From Candidatus Omnitrophota bacterium (lineage in GTDB: Bacteria; Omnitrophota; Gorgyraeia; Zapsychrales; Aceulaceae), in NCBI GenBank assembly GCA_029564765.1, contig JAKQPK010000013.1, positions 219,164-283,163 on the forward strand: DNA of 64,000 nucleotides. The letters are read 5' to 3'. Position 1 is the stretch's first letter, and the number at the start of each line of letters is the position of its first letter. Both the position numbers and the translations under genes were made by a program. Of this stretch, positions 1 through 10,101 are shown in pieces. The notes beneath the pieces are model-generated. The model saw nothing but the letters and a program-made list of their open reading frames with translations, had not been told where the DNA came from and ran no database searches.

Positions 1-76
1 AAAGATTATCAACTGGTAGAATTTTTTTGCTTCTTAAGATCAGTTTTTGTTTTACGACATAGAAATACTTTTGATC

Positions 77-2434
77 ATGAAACTCAAACCTTTCCATCAT
101 TTTCTTGCCGTTGCGGCCTTTTTTATTCTCTTTCTCGTTGTTTTCTTTCATGATGTCGTGTTCAAGGGAAAAACCTTTAAGGCGACAACGATGTTCGCGC
201 AAGCTCTGCCCAGTGGCCCTTATGGGCAATCCGGCAACTATGGCACCTCTTGTCATACGTTCTTGCGTGAATCAGCAGCTATTGAAGAACCATTCTATCA
301 ATTTTTAAGAACAAGCTTTCAGCAAGGTGTTTTTCCGCTCTGGAATCCCTATCAATGCTGTGGCGTTCCTGTTACGGCTATGATGGAAGCCGGGATCTTT
401 TTTCCGCTCACTGCAATCGTCTATCTTTTGCCTAATATCATCAGCATGGATGTCTTGATCCTCGCGCGTTTGCTCCTTGCCGCTTTATTGATGTATTGGC
501 TCATGAGCGTTTGGGGTTTTGGCCTGCTGGCAAGGATCGCGGCGGCGCTCATATTTGCCTGCAGCGGCCCGATGGTGACATTGCACATATGGGCGATCAA
601 TGTTGACCTTCTTCTTCCGTTATTATTCTTGAGCGCGTATCAATTTTTTTATCGAGGATCTCTCTGGGACCGTCTTCTTTTAAGCATAGCCGTTGCTTTA
701 AGCATCTTTGGCGGCCACATCGAGCACATCTTCCTTGTTCATTTCACGCTATTGTGTTATGGCATTTTTCTTTTGTGGCAGAGCAACAAAGGATCCCCGA
801 GATCTACCTTTTCTTTGACGGCACGCTTTGTCTCTTTTTACCTCTTGGGTGTCGGCATATCCGCTGTTGCTTTATTTCCTTTTATTCCTGATTTTTTTCA
901 CTCGTGGACATCACATACGGCAGACTGTGGATCTGCTGTCGCGCCTTTATCAGAAGTCCTGGGAAAACTCATTACGGTTATTGTTCCAAAATTCTATAGT
1001 GATGTTCTGATCCCCTTAAAGGGGGAGGTGTACAATTGGTGTGGAGGATATTTAGGTGTCATGACCATTGCGCTTGCTGCAGCCGGGCTATGGTGTAGGT
1101 CGCACAGGCCGTTCATTTTATTTTCTAGCATCGCGTCTTTTATTGTCTATGGCATGGTATCAGGATCAGGCTATACGCAGTGGATCGGGCATTTGCCAGT
1201 CTTTAATATTATGCTTTTACGATTGCATTCGGTCTGGATCCTCACGTTCTTCATCTCTTTCCTTGCTGGAGCTGGGATCGAGAGCATTGCGCTCCAATCT
1301 CAGGCTATGCTCAGAAAATTCTCTTGTATCGCGTTTAGCCTTGGCCTTTTGATCGGATGCTATCTTTTGGTTTTCCGACGTGAACCTTTTTTCGCGCAAG
1401 CGATAAAGGCATCAGGCATCGCGTTCGGTTTTCTTGCCGCGTCCATTCTTTGGTATGTTTTCGCAATGACGGCCACAAGGCGGAAACCATATGCTATCGT
1501 GGTCGGACTTGTCGTCCTTCTTGCCGGGGAGTTGTTTATCCATAATCCTGATTCTCGCCCCCGTCGTTTTGATTCATTCCCGAGAGTGCCTTATGTTGAA
1601 TTTTTAAAAAAGAATACACAGGATCCCAGGTTTCGCGCTCAAGGTTTCTTTCTGGCCTTTTATCGAAATACGGCCATGGCATACGGCGTAGAGAGTTTTT
1701 CAGGAAGCCAGGCACTATATCCTCGTCGATATGTAGAATTCGTTCAACAACTTATCCATCCGGGGCTTTTCTCAACAATATGCCCAAAGCCAATTTCCAC
1801 GGAAGGGTTTGACCAGGCGCTGATCACGCGCAGTGATATATTGGCCTTGGCGAACGTGAATTATTTTGTTCTACCGCAGCAGAGCAATGTTGGGCCTCAG
1901 CCGGTCTATGACGCGGAAACGCAGATCCTTCCCATATCTGCCGCGATATCTTTACCTTCTGCTTTGCCTCGAGCGTATTTAGCCTATCAATGGACATCTG
2001 TTCCTAAGGGCGCAGGACAAGAAGCCTTAGAGAAGATAAAGGCAGCACGATTGCGCGCGGCGGCTAATGTCATTATTGAAAATATCTTGGACAAGAAACT
2101 TCCTTTTACGCCGTCAGAGCGGCAGGGTATCGTGGCGGTTGAAGAAAAGAAGCGATGGGCAAACGGAGTGATCGTCAAGGCGCGCGCGGACGCGCCTTGT
2201 GTATTAGTCCTGACGGATGCTTATTATCCTGGGTGGAAGGCTTGGGTCAATGGGAAGCCTGCGACGATCTATCCGGCGAACCATTTATTCCGCGCGGTTT
2301 TTTTGCCGCCGGGTGACCATAGGGTTGTCTTTCGCTTTGTTCCTTTTTGGTTCTATGTGGGATTAGGAGTAACGGTCTTTAGCTGCGCGCTTTGGGTGGG
2401 GATCTTGTTTCGACGAAAGAAGCAAAGATCATGA
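77..2434 (+). CDS. YfhO-family multi-pass membrane protein (putative GT-C glycosyltransferase)
   Basis: FPLWNPY..CG.P motif near N-terminus, many TM helices, C-terminal LVLTDAYYPGWKAWVNG...FRAV.LPPG.H.V.FRF motif typical of YfhO; ATG at 77 preferred over TTG at 47. Confidence 0.85.
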   Translation: MKLKPFHHFLAVAAFFILFLVVFFHDVVFKGKTFKATTMFAQALPSGPYGQSGNYGTSCHTFLRESAAIEEPFYQFLRTSFQQGVFPLWNPYQCCGVPVTAMMEAGIFFPLTAIVYLLPNIISMDVLILARLLLAALLMYWLMSVWGFGLLARIAAALIFACSGPMVTLHIWAINVDLLLPLLFLSAYQFFYRGSLWDRLLLSIAVALSIFGGHIEHIFLVHFTLLCYGIFLLWQSNKGSPRSTFSLTARFVSFYLLGVGISAVALFPFIPDFFHSWTSHTADCGSAVAPLSEVLGKLITVIVPKFYSDVLIPLKGEVYNWCGGYLGVMTIALAAAGLWCRSHRPFILFSSIASFIVYGMVSGSGYTQWIGHLPVFNIMLLRLHSVWILTFFISFLAGAGIESIALQSQAMLRKFSCIAFSLGLLIGCYLLVFRREPFFAQAIKASGIAFGFLAASILWYVFAMTATRRKPYAIVVGLVVLLAGELFIHNPDSRPRRFDSFPRVPYVEFLKKNTQDPRFRAQGFFLAFYRNTAMAYGVESFSGSQALYPRRYVEFVQQLIHPGLFSTICPKPISTEGFDQALITRSDILALANVNYFVLPQQSNVGPQPVYDAETQILPISAAISLPSALPRAYLAYQWTSVPKGAGQEALEKIKAARLRAAANVIIENILDKKLPFTPSERQGIVAVEEKKRWANGVIVKARADAPCVLVLTDAYYPGWKAWVNGKPATIYPANHLFRAVFLPPGDHRVVFRFVPFWFYVGLGVTVFSCALWVGILFRRKKQRS

Positions 2435-2787
2435 AGAAATTATTTCTTTGTTTAATGCTGTTTTTTTCTGCCACAGCTTCTTTTGCCACGACCTTGCGTC
2501 CGGCGCGCGACAACGATCCTCTGCGTTATATTGTGACCGGTATCGTAGAAAAGGTCAGCATCAACGCCCTTGAGATCTGGGATGAGAATGACAGGATCGT
2601 TAAGCGTTATGTTTATTTTGGGCGAGATGTGGAGGTTGGGCAGAGGGTCCGGGTTCATTATGACCCAGCGTCATTACGGATAGACCGCCTGAAGAAAATG
2701 ACAACGCTTGAGTATCAAAAAGATGGGCAGAATTTAGGATATATCTTTCAGCAGGAGAACAAGGTCACGCAGGGAGCAGGGCCTTGA
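2431..2787 (+). CDS. Hypothetical secreted protein (signal peptide, small beta-rich domain)
   Basis: ATG at 2431 overlaps the upstream TGA (ATGA coupling); MKKLFLCLMLFFSATASFA signal peptide. Confidence 0.7.
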   Translation: MKKLFLCLMLFFSATASFATTLRPARDNDPLRYIVTGIVEKVSINALEIWDENDRIVKRYVYFGRDVEVGQRVRVHYDPASLRIDRLKKMTTLEYQKDGQNLGYIFQQENKVTQGAGP

Positions 2788-3148
2788 TCTTTTCCAAAAG
2801 AAGTTCAAGTTCGTAGGGTTTACGGATAAAATCATTGGCTCCCAAGGCCCGCGCCTTTTCTTCCATCGCTGGATTAACGTTGGCGCTAGAGATAATGAGC
2901 GGCAGGCAGATCGTTCTTGGGATACGTTTTAGATTTTCAATGACGAACAACCCTCCACCGCTGGGTAACCCCAGGTCAAGGATGACCAAAGAGACATCTT
3001 CCCGTGCCGCGTATTGGATCGCGAATGTGGCATCATAAGCAACAAGCACTTGATAGCCGTTACCGACCAAGAATGTCATCAAGGCCATGACGAATTTTTG
3101 ATCATCATCAACGATCAGGATTTTTTTAGGTTTTGCGTTCTCTGTCAT
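2765..3148 (-). CDS. Single-domain response regulator (receiver)
   Basis: ILIVDDD, VILDLGLP phospho-acceptor region, GANDFIRKPY. Confidence 0.9.
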   Translation of the reverse strand: MTENAKPKKILIVDDDQKFVMALMTFLVGNGYQVLVAYDATFAIQYAAREDVSLVILDLGLPSGGGLFVIENLKRIPRTICLPLIISSANVNPAMEEKARALGANDFIRKPYELELLLEKIKALLPA

Positions 3149-4116
3149 GAGCGATCACCTGTCAATGTAAGCAAAACAGTAAAACAATTCGTTTCTTTGG
3201 GATCGCTGGTAGCCCAGATCTTTCCTCCGTGAAGCTCGATGATATCTTTAGCAATAGATAAGCCTAACCCCTGGCCTTCGATCAGCGCGTTGAGGCGTTC
3301 GAATTTATCAAAGATCTTTTCCAGTTTGTTCGCGGGGATCGGGTCGCCTGTGTTGAAGAAATCCGCGCGCGCAAGCCCATCAACAGCATACGCCTTAACA
3401 CGGACTTTTCCATTGCAGGGTGTATGCTTGAGTGAATTGCTTAAAAGGTTGTTCATTGCTCGGGTGATCTTTTCTCGATCAGCCTGGATGAATAAAGGAT
3501 CCTTGCCAAGATCTGTGCTTAGTGAAATATTTTTTTCGTGAGTCATTGTCTGAAGCTCTCGGCATTGCGCCTGGAGGATCTCTCGCAGATCAAAGCGGGT
3601 GATCGTCATTTCTGTTTGCCGCGCTTCGAACATGTAGGCATTGATCAGGTCTGTTGTGATCGTGTTCATCCGGTCAGCAACATCTTTGCATACTTCTATC
3701 GCGTCCTTTTGTTGGGCCGTCAGACTGCCGAGAAATCCGGCCAGCAGGTTGGAGATATTCGCTTTGATCGTAGCCACAGGGCTTTTAAGGTCATGCGCCA
3801 GCGACATCGCGAAGGTTGATTTGATCTCGTCGGCATGCTTTGCCCGTGTCGCGTAGAGCAATGTTTTCTTGATAATGTTCTTGATAACACTGTAGGCGAC
3901 GATATATCCTAGGACAAGAATAGCGCCCGCGGAAACAAGAATAGGGCCTGCGTCCAGAAAAGATCTGTTGCCGGTCAGAATTTTATCGACCAAGACATAA
4001 ATAAGCGCTAGAAGGGGAATGACGCTCATCAAAAGAAAAGCAAGGTTCAGCCGTCGATAGGGATTTTCGTTTAATTCTTGGAATAAAAGCTTTTGTTCGT
4101 TACCTGTATTGCTCAT
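3145..4116 (-). CDS. Sensor histidine kinase (2 TM, HisKA + HATPase_c)
   Basis: LAHDLKSP H-box, NLLSNSLKH N-box, IFDKFER F-box, GQGLGLSIAK G2 box; overlaps the receiver gene by 4 nt. Confidence 0.92.
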   Translation of the reverse strand: MSNTGNEQKLLFQELNENPYRRLNLAFLLMSVIPLLALIYVLVDKILTGNRSFLDAGPILVSAGAILVLGYIVAYSVIKNIIKKTLLYATRAKHADEIKSTFAMSLAHDLKSPVATIKANISNLLAGFLGSLTAQQKDAIEVCKDVADRMNTITTDLINAYMFEARQTEMTITRFDLREILQAQCRELQTMTHEKNISLSTDLGKDPLFIQADREKITRAMNNLLSNSLKHTPCNGKVRVKAYAVDGLARADFFNTGDPIPANKLEKIFDKFERLNALIEGQGLGLSIAKDIIELHGGKIWATSDPKETNCFTVLLTLTGDRS

Positions 4117-4270
4117 AAGGTCCTTTTCTTCCCCACATAATATCTCTGTGCCCGTGTTAAGTCAATGGACAAGATCATGATTTTATTCTAAAATCAATTT
4201 GGTGGTGGATAGCTTTTGATGAAAAAGTGTAAGATCAGTGTTTATTGTTATCGAATTTAAGGAGGATAAT

Positions 4271-4996
4271 ATGCGTTCAGGAAATCCAGCATTACGGGAT
4301 AATACGTTCAGCAATGCCGCGTTGTCAGGGTCGGGACAGACTATGACCATCTCCGGAGCGGTAAATAAGACATTCATCATGGGGTTATTTGTTTTGATCG
4401 CGGCACTTTGGTCATGGAGCGAGCCGTGGCGCTTTATGCCGTTTTTTATGCCTATTTGCTTAGGGTCATTGATCGTCGCTTTGATCACGATCTTCAGGCC
4501 TCAGACAGCGCCTGTAACCGCCCCGATCTACGCTTTGCTCGAAGGATTGTTGATCGGAGGTATTTCGTTCTTTTTTGAACGAAGATATCCCGGGATCGTG
4601 ATCCAGGCGGTCGGCTTAACGTTCGGAACGCTTTTTGCCCTATTGATGGTCTATAAATCAGGATTGATCAAGGTTACGCAAAATTTTCGTTTAGGGATTA
4701 TTGCGGCTACAGGGGGCATTGCTCTTTATTATCTTGCTAGCCTGGTCTGCTCGTATTTTTTCAAGTTCCAAGTCCCTCTGATCCACGAAAGCACACCCTT
4801 AGGTATTGGCTTTAGCGTTTTTGTTGTGATCATCGCGGCGCTTAATCTGGTCTTGGATTTTGATTTTATCGAGCAGGGCGCCCAGATGAACGCTCCTAAG
4901 TACATGGAATGGTACGCAGCCTTTGGCCTTACAGTGACGCTGATCTGGCTTTATATGGAGATCCTTAGATTATTAGCCAAAATGAGCCGCCGATAA
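4271..4996 (+). CDS. Bax inhibitor-1/YccA family membrane protein
   Basis: MRSGNPAL start after AAGGAGG; MTISGAVNKT and APKYMEWYAAFGLTVTLIWLY.EILRLL motifs. Confidence 0.9.
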   Translation: MRSGNPALRDNTFSNAALSGSGQTMTISGAVNKTFIMGLFVLIAALWSWSEPWRFMPFFMPICLGSLIVALITIFRPQTAPVTAPIYALLEGLLIGGISFFFERRYPGIVIQAVGLTFGTLFALLMVYKSGLIKVTQNFRLGIIAATGGIALYYLASLVCSYFFKFQVPLIHESTPLGIGFSVFVVIIAALNLVLDFDFIEQGAQMNAPKYMEWYAAFGLTVTLIWLYMEILRLLAKMSRR

Positions 4997-5164
4997 AATG
5001 TCCCGCGAACGCGTTAGCCCACGGCAAAAAGACATTTCCCGCATGCTGCGCAAGCGACGGCAGGTAAAAAGATGCAGGCCGGTAGTCCCACGCCTCATGA
5101 AATAGCAGCATAGGTTTGCGTCTTTACGCTTTTCTGTGCATGTTTTCTCTGGAATTCAGCGCAG

Positions 5165-5193
5165 TTGACGACAGCTCGTAGAGCGTATATACT
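5165..5193 (+). promoter_or_regulatory. Sigma70-type promoter for the GH5 gene
   Basis: TTGACG (5165-5170), 17-nt spacer, TATACT (5188-5193). Confidence 0.65.
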
Positions 5194-5227
5194 GATTGCA
5201 TAATCATCCGCTCAAAAGGTGTTCATC

Positions 5228-8200
5228 GTGAACAAGCGAGTTAAAATTTTTTTGTCGACGGCAATTTTTGTCGTTTTTCAGACAACCATTTCTTTTGCCG
5301 GATCTATCTATCAAAATTTTGAACCTAATAATGGTTCTGTTGCTTATGGCCTTCCGGGCTATCAGAGCGCTGTTAGTTTCTCTGGCCCTGGCGAACCTGT
5401 GCATTCTGGCGCGCGCTCTTGGAAGGTGATGACGGCCTACCAGTGGGGCGGCACGACCGTTGAGTCCCAAGTGCAAGCAGGGGACGTTAATTTTTATCCT
5501 ACCAAGAACGATCGTATTTCATTTTGGGTTTACGCTGTTATCCCTTTTCCTTGGGGTGGCTTTGATACGGTCGGAATGAAGTTTTTCGATAATAACAATT
5601 ATGCGCTGAGCGGTTTTACGGTCTGGACAACAAAGACTTTTTTTAATGAGCAGTGGACAAGGCTGGACATCCTTTTTAGCCAGCTGCCGGCGGATTTTGA
5701 TCTTGAGCATGTGAACAAGGTCGAGTTTATCTTTTATCAGCACGGCACGTATTATCTCGATGATATCCAGATCGTACGGGAAGATAGAAGCTATCAATCG
5801 TTCGAGCCGCAGCAGCGCTTTGGATCTACAGCTTCGGAGTATGGATGGAAGTGGAATCCGGCGGACACGGTTGATTTTTCTGGCCCTGGCGAGCCAGTGC
5901 AGGAAGGGCTTCACTCCTGGAAGCTTGTCAGTACCCAGAAATGGGGTGGTACGGGTATTCAGTCGCAAGAAAAGAAATATGTGGCAACGCCGACCCCGGA
6001 ACAAAGTTTTTGGCATGTTGATCTGCGTCCAGATCGAAACGATCGATTGACGTTTTGGGTGTACGCTCTTGCGGAGAACGGGTTGGATAACAGCCTTGCC
6101 GTGCAGTTTTATGACCATGGCCAGCATTCAAATGATCAGACCAAGGTTGTTGTTTGGACCAAGAATGCCTCTCGCTATGGCCAATGGACCCGCATGACAA
6201 TTCTTTTTTCGGATCTGCCATCCACGCTTGATCTTTATGACCTGAATAAGATCCAATTTCAGCAATATTGGCCTGGTACATATTATTTTGATGATATTCG
6301 TGCCGCTGGCCCTACCATTAAGATCAGTGAGGCGAAGCTCGCGGAAGGTATTATTAGCTGGGCCTTGGTGCCAGGAGCCGGAAAATATGTTCTAGAGGAG
6401 AGCCGCGTTGGGCCGCAAGGGCCATGGGTTGTCGCGTATAGCGGTGCCCATCCTTTTGATTTTGAGCCGATGCCAGCACCGATCATTTATTCAGATAAAG
6501 TATCGACGGGCAAGCAACAAGAAACTGCCCCTCCGCCATACTTGATCAAGCCTCTAAGAAGAGTTTCTCGCGTGACAAAGCTGTGGTACCGCGTGCGATG
6601 GGAAGATGCTGTTACCACGGCGCATCCTGTGCCGTATGTGTCGCCATGGAGCGATGTCGTTGAATATATGCCGCCCAGCCTTGTCATTAAATATAAAAAG
6701 TTAACACAAGGTGTTCTTGAGTGGACGAAGGTCCCTCAGGCGCATTTATATGAAGCGCAATCAGCCCCCAGCAAGAGTGGCCCTTGGACGCAAATATATT
6801 ATGGATATTTTCCTGCCCAGCCGCTAGCGGTTCAGCAGGGGACGTGGTATCGCGTTCGGGCCCTACATAAAAAAGGAAGCGATATCACGGACATAACCGA
6901 CTGGAGCGTGCCACAACGCTATGTCCAGGGACAAGGATTTTTGCATTCCGCTGGCACGATGATCAAGGATGAGAATGGCCAAGGTAATGAAGTTGTCCTC
7001 CAGGGGGTTAATTTGGGAGGATATCTTTTGACCGAGCGATTTTTTACGGGATTGGGTGATGGGGACAACCCTACCATAGAAGATGACTGGACATTAAGAG
7101 ATGTTTTGATCCAGCGGTTTGGGGAAGTCGGATGTCGTGATCTTTTCAAGACCTATCAGAACGCTTATATTAAGAATTTTGATCTTGATTATCTTAAGGA
7201 GATCGGCGTGAACTTGGTAAGATTGCCGATCTTTTACAGGATACTGCAGAATGATGATGGAACATGGGTGCTGAATGATCAAGGGCAGATCGATTTTGAA
7301 AAGATCGACTATGTTGTGGACGAATGCGCCAACCGCGGTATATACGTGCTGCTTGATCTACACGGTGCTCCGGGAGCCCAAAGCCCAGAAGCGCATACAG
7401 GGCGTGCGAATTTCAACAAACTGTTCGAGAACAGTCCTCAAGGTGAAATATATCGGCAGAGGACAGAAGATCTTTGGATCGCTATCGCGGATCGTTATAA
7501 AGATAATCCATGGGTGTGTGGCTATGATCTTCTTAATGAGCCAACGGGAGCGCCAACCAACGCTGATCTTTGGAGCATGTATGACCGCCTTTATGACGCG
7601 ATCCGCGCTGTCGACCAAAACCACATCATCATGATGGAAGGTATTTGGGATTGGGCAACGCTGCCAACGCCTTCATCGATGAACTGGAACAACGTCGTCT
7701 ACCAATTCCATTATTATTTATGGGGCAGCGATGAGGATGTTCAGGCCCACATGGCCTTTATCGATCAAAAGGTCGCTGAGGGACAAGTTCAGCAGCCGTT
7801 ATATCAGGTCCCGGTCATGATCGGAGAATTTCACGGCTTTACGCAGAAAGCCATCTGGGAATACTATTTGCAGAAGTTCAACGAACAACGCTGGAGTTGG
7901 GCGACATGGACGCATAAGACCTATCCAGCGCCGTCTAATTGGGGATTTTTCAATCATGCCTTTTATGGAACAGAGCTTCCAAGGTTTCGAGATCCCGGAG
8001 GAGATCCTTATGCAACGTTAGCGGATAAGTTCAAGCGTTATGCCACGCTAGATCATCATGAGCGTAACGCGGCATTAACAAACATCATGGACGCGTATCT
8101 TGTTCCGCCGATAATAACGCCATTCATTAAGCGCGTTTCACCGGAAAGTGTTTTAGTTGTGGCAACCGATTTTTATATCCATGGCAAGAATTTTGGGGTC

Positions 8201-8677
8201 ACGCAAGGGTCCGCGGTCGTATCTTTTAACGGGATCGCCATACCCGTGATCTCTTGGTCCGATGACCTTATTCGCGCGTATATACCATCAACGATCACGT
8301 CGCTTTATGGGACGGTCACTGTTCATACAGGCCAGGGGATCAGCAATCCAAAGCTGCTACATGTTATTCAGCCTCCCCAGGTCACGAGCGTTGTTCCGCC
8401 CTCTGGGCCAGTGGGTACACAGATCTGGATCTACGGAAAAGACTTTGGGTCTTATCAGGGGAAGGTCAAGTTTTATTCTCCTCCAGGGTCAACCAATGGC
8501 GGCTTGGCAGAGATCCTTTCGTGGACAGATACACGTATTCGATGTACTGTTCCTAATGATGCGATCACGGGGCCTGTCACGATCATGACGCCTTACGGTA
8601 ACGCAACGTTCGGTTTTGCTGTTACGCTTTCTAACCAACTTGTCGATAAGAAATCTTTCCCTGCCAGGGCTCGTTAG
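5228..8677 (+). CDS. Secreted multidomain glycoside hydrolase family 5 (two tandem CBM-like domains, FN3-like linkers, GH5 catalytic domain, two IPT/TIG domains)
   Basis: Signal peptide; internal duplication (FSGPGEPV..G..SWK...WGGT..DR..FWVYA); GVNLGG, LDLHGAPG, GYDLLNEP acid/base, VMIGEF nucleophile; two G.NFG/DFG..SW.D..I IPT repeats; GTG start at 5228 or 5219. Confidence 0.88.
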   Translation: MNKRVKIFLSTAIFVVFQTTISFAGSIYQNFEPNNGSVAYGLPGYQSAVSFSGPGEPVHSGARSWKVMTAYQWGGTTVESQVQAGDVNFYPTKNDRISFWVYAVIPFPWGGFDTVGMKFFDNNNYALSGFTVWTTKTFFNEQWTRLDILFSQLPADFDLEHVNKVEFIFYQHGTYYLDDIQIVREDRSYQSFEPQQRFGSTASEYGWKWNPADTVDFSGPGEPVQEGLHSWKLVSTQKWGGTGIQSQEKKYVATPTPEQSFWHVDLRPDRNDRLTFWVYALAENGLDNSLAVQFYDHGQHSNDQTKVVVWTKNASRYGQWTRMTILFSDLPSTLDLYDLNKIQFQQYWPGTYYFDDIRAAGPTIKISEAKLAEGIISWALVPGAGKYVLEESRVGPQGPWVVAYSGAHPFDFEPMPAPIIYSDKVSTGKQQETAPPPYLIKPLRRVSRVTKLWYRVRWEDAVTTAHPVPYVSPWSDVVEYMPPSLVIKYKKLTQGVLEWTKVPQAHLYEAQSAPSKSGPWTQIYYGYFPAQPLAVQQGTWYRVRALHKKGSDITDITDWSVPQRYVQGQGFLHSAGTMIKDENGQGNEVVLQGVNLGGYLLTERFFTGLGDGDNPTIEDDWTLRDVLIQRFGEVGCRDLFKTYQNAYIKNFDLDYLKEIGVNLVRLPIFYRILQNDDGTWVLNDQGQIDFEKIDYVVDECANRGIYVLLDLHGAPGAQSPEAHTGRANFNKLFENSPQGEIYRQRTEDLWIAIADRYKDNPWVCGYDLLNEPTGAPTNADLWSMYDRLYDAIRAVDQNHIIMMEGIWDWATLPTPSSMNWNNVVYQFHYYLWGSDEDVQAHMAFIDQKVAEGQVQQPLYQVPVMIGEFHGFTQKAIWEYYLQKFNEQRWSWATWTHKTYPAPSNWGFFNHAFYGTELPRFRDPGGDPYATLADKFKRYATLDHHERNAALTNIMDAYLVPPIITPFIKRVSPESVLVVATDFYIHGKNFGVTQGSAVVSFNGIAIPVISWSDDLIRAYIPSTITSLYGTVTVHTGQGISNPKLLHVIQPPQVTSVVPPSGPVGTQIWIYGKDFGSYQGKVKFYSPPGSTNGGLAEILSWTDTRIRCTVPNDAITGPVTIMTPYGNATFGFAVTLSNQLVDKKSFPARAR

Positions 8678-8680
8678 TCT

Positions 8681-9235
8681 TCAAGAGGCTTTTGGAGCAA
8701 GCCTTTGTGAGCTGTCGTCGATCTCAAAATATTCCTTTTCTTTAAAATCAAAAAAGAATGCTAACAGGTTGCTAGGAAACATTTGCACCGTGTTGTTGTA
8801 TTCACGGACATTGCCATTGTAAAAACGGCGGGCCGCTTGGATACGGTTCTCGGTGTTGATCAATTCGTTTTGCAGCGATAGGAAATGCTGATCGGCTTTC
8901 AAGGCCGGATAATTTTCCACAACGGCAAAAAGGCTTTTTAGGGAACCGACAAAAGCGTTTTCATCTTTTGCCTGCGCTGATGGGGAGCCGTGGGAATTTA
9001 AAGCTTGCGCGCGCATGGCGGTGACGGACTCCAGGACAGCTTTTTCGTGCTTGGCATAGCCGCTAACGGTCTCCACAAGATTCGGGATCAGGTCATAACG
9101 CCTTTTTAGTTCCGTATCGATACCGCTCCAAGACTCTTCCGTCGTATTCTTAAGCCGCACGAGCTTATTGTAAGTAGCCCATATCGCTATGACAATGATG
9201 CCGATCACGATCAAGGGGACCGCTAAGGATTCCAT
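8681..9235 (-). CDS. lemA: LemA family protein
   Basis: N-terminal TM, YNKLV, LKRRYDLIPNLVETV.GYAKHE, ENYPALKAD, ARRFYN. Confidence 0.95.
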   Translation of the reverse strand: MESLAVPLIVIGIIVIAIWATYNKLVRLKNTTEESWSGIDTELKRRYDLIPNLVETVSGYAKHEKAVLESVTAMRAQALNSHGSPSAQAKDENAFVGSLKSLFAVVENYPALKADQHFLSLQNELINTENRIQAARRFYNGNVREYNNTVQMFPSNLLAFFFDFKEKEYFEIDDSSQRLAPKAS

Positions 9236-9272
9236 GGTAAAACTCCTTTCGTAAAATGTGCCAATGCTTTCA

Positions 9273-9956
9273 TCAGGCCGGATCCTCGTTGAGTTCCTTT
9301 ATCAGGTATTCGGGGATACGCTCGATCATGCCAACGCCCACGTCAAGACATTTAGCGAATTCCTCAGGTTGGAAAACTTTGTTCTGATAGATCAGGATCT
9401 CGTTGCGGTTTGTATGTATCAAATAATTCGGATTCTCCAAAAGATATTCCATCATGCCTTGATGGATCATGCCATAGGCGAATTTCTTTTCTTTCGCTGT
9501 GACAAAGAATTTTCTTGAGAATTCGTTCGATTCAAAATCAATATCATCGAGCCCGACGAATTCACCGATCTTATCCAGCAATCCTTCCGGACGGATGGCG
9601 AGCTCTTTAAGCGGAAAGTCCGTGCGCAGGATCACGGCTGAAAAATGATAATGTTGGGTTCTTGTTCCATTCTTGGTATGGACCGTAACAGCGTAATGGT
9701 AGTCAAAAGCCAGAACATCTTTGTTCTTATAGTTTCCTTTAAGGATGTTGTAGGCATATTGACTATGGCCTCGGTGAAAAGCGCTAAAAAAAGGATATCG
9801 GGCTTTTAAGCTAATATCCCGGTCAGGGTTAAAAGACAACCCATTGGCCAGGGCAAAAGCGTGCAGCGCGTCCAGGCGCTTTTTTTTCGCCTGATAGCTG
9901 ACATAGGCCAGGATCCCGAATAGGGCAATAAAACTGATAAAGAAAAGGATTTCCAT
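9273..9956 (-). CDS. Hypothetical membrane-anchored protein associated with lemA (DUF3137-like)
   Basis: N-terminal TM, DIDFES.EFSRKF motif, co-oriented upstream of lemA. Confidence 0.65.
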   Translation of the reverse strand: MEILFFISFIALFGILAYVSYQAKKKRLDALHAFALANGLSFNPDRDISLKARYPFFSAFHRGHSQYAYNILKGNYKNKDVLAFDYHYAVTVHTKNGTRTQHYHFSAVILRTDFPLKELAIRPEGLLDKIGEFVGLDDIDFESNEFSRKFFVTAKEKKFAYGMIHQGMMEYLLENPNYLIHTNRNEILIYQNKVFQPEEFAKCLDVGVGMIERIPEYLIKELNEDPA

Positions 9957-10047
9957 AAGAGTTTCCTTATTTTATTTATCATAACATATTTTAAAGATCT
10001 TCAAAGAGGGAAAGAGTCCTTTCGCACGGCGCATTCCAGAAAAGGCG

Positions 10048-10076
10048 TGGACAAGGGTTTGTCCGCCTGCTAAAAT
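10048..10076 (+). promoter_or_regulatory. Sigma70-type promoter for feoAB with an overlapping inverted repeat
   Basis: TGGACA (10048-53), 17 nt, TG-n-TAAAAT (10071-76); GGACAA-GGGT-TTGTCC dyad overlaps it. Confidence 0.5.
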
Positions 10077-10101
10077 TCGTGGAAGTTAAAGGAGCCCCAG
10101 A

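Noticed and set aside
4998-5105. 35-codon Arg-rich ORF right after the BI-1 gene
   Set aside because: No RBS or recognisable motif; cannot be distinguished from chance.
7157-7176. CAGAACGCTTATATTAAG resembling the cassette site
   Set aside because: Lies inside the GH5 coding frame, is one base shorter and has no G-tract; likely chance.
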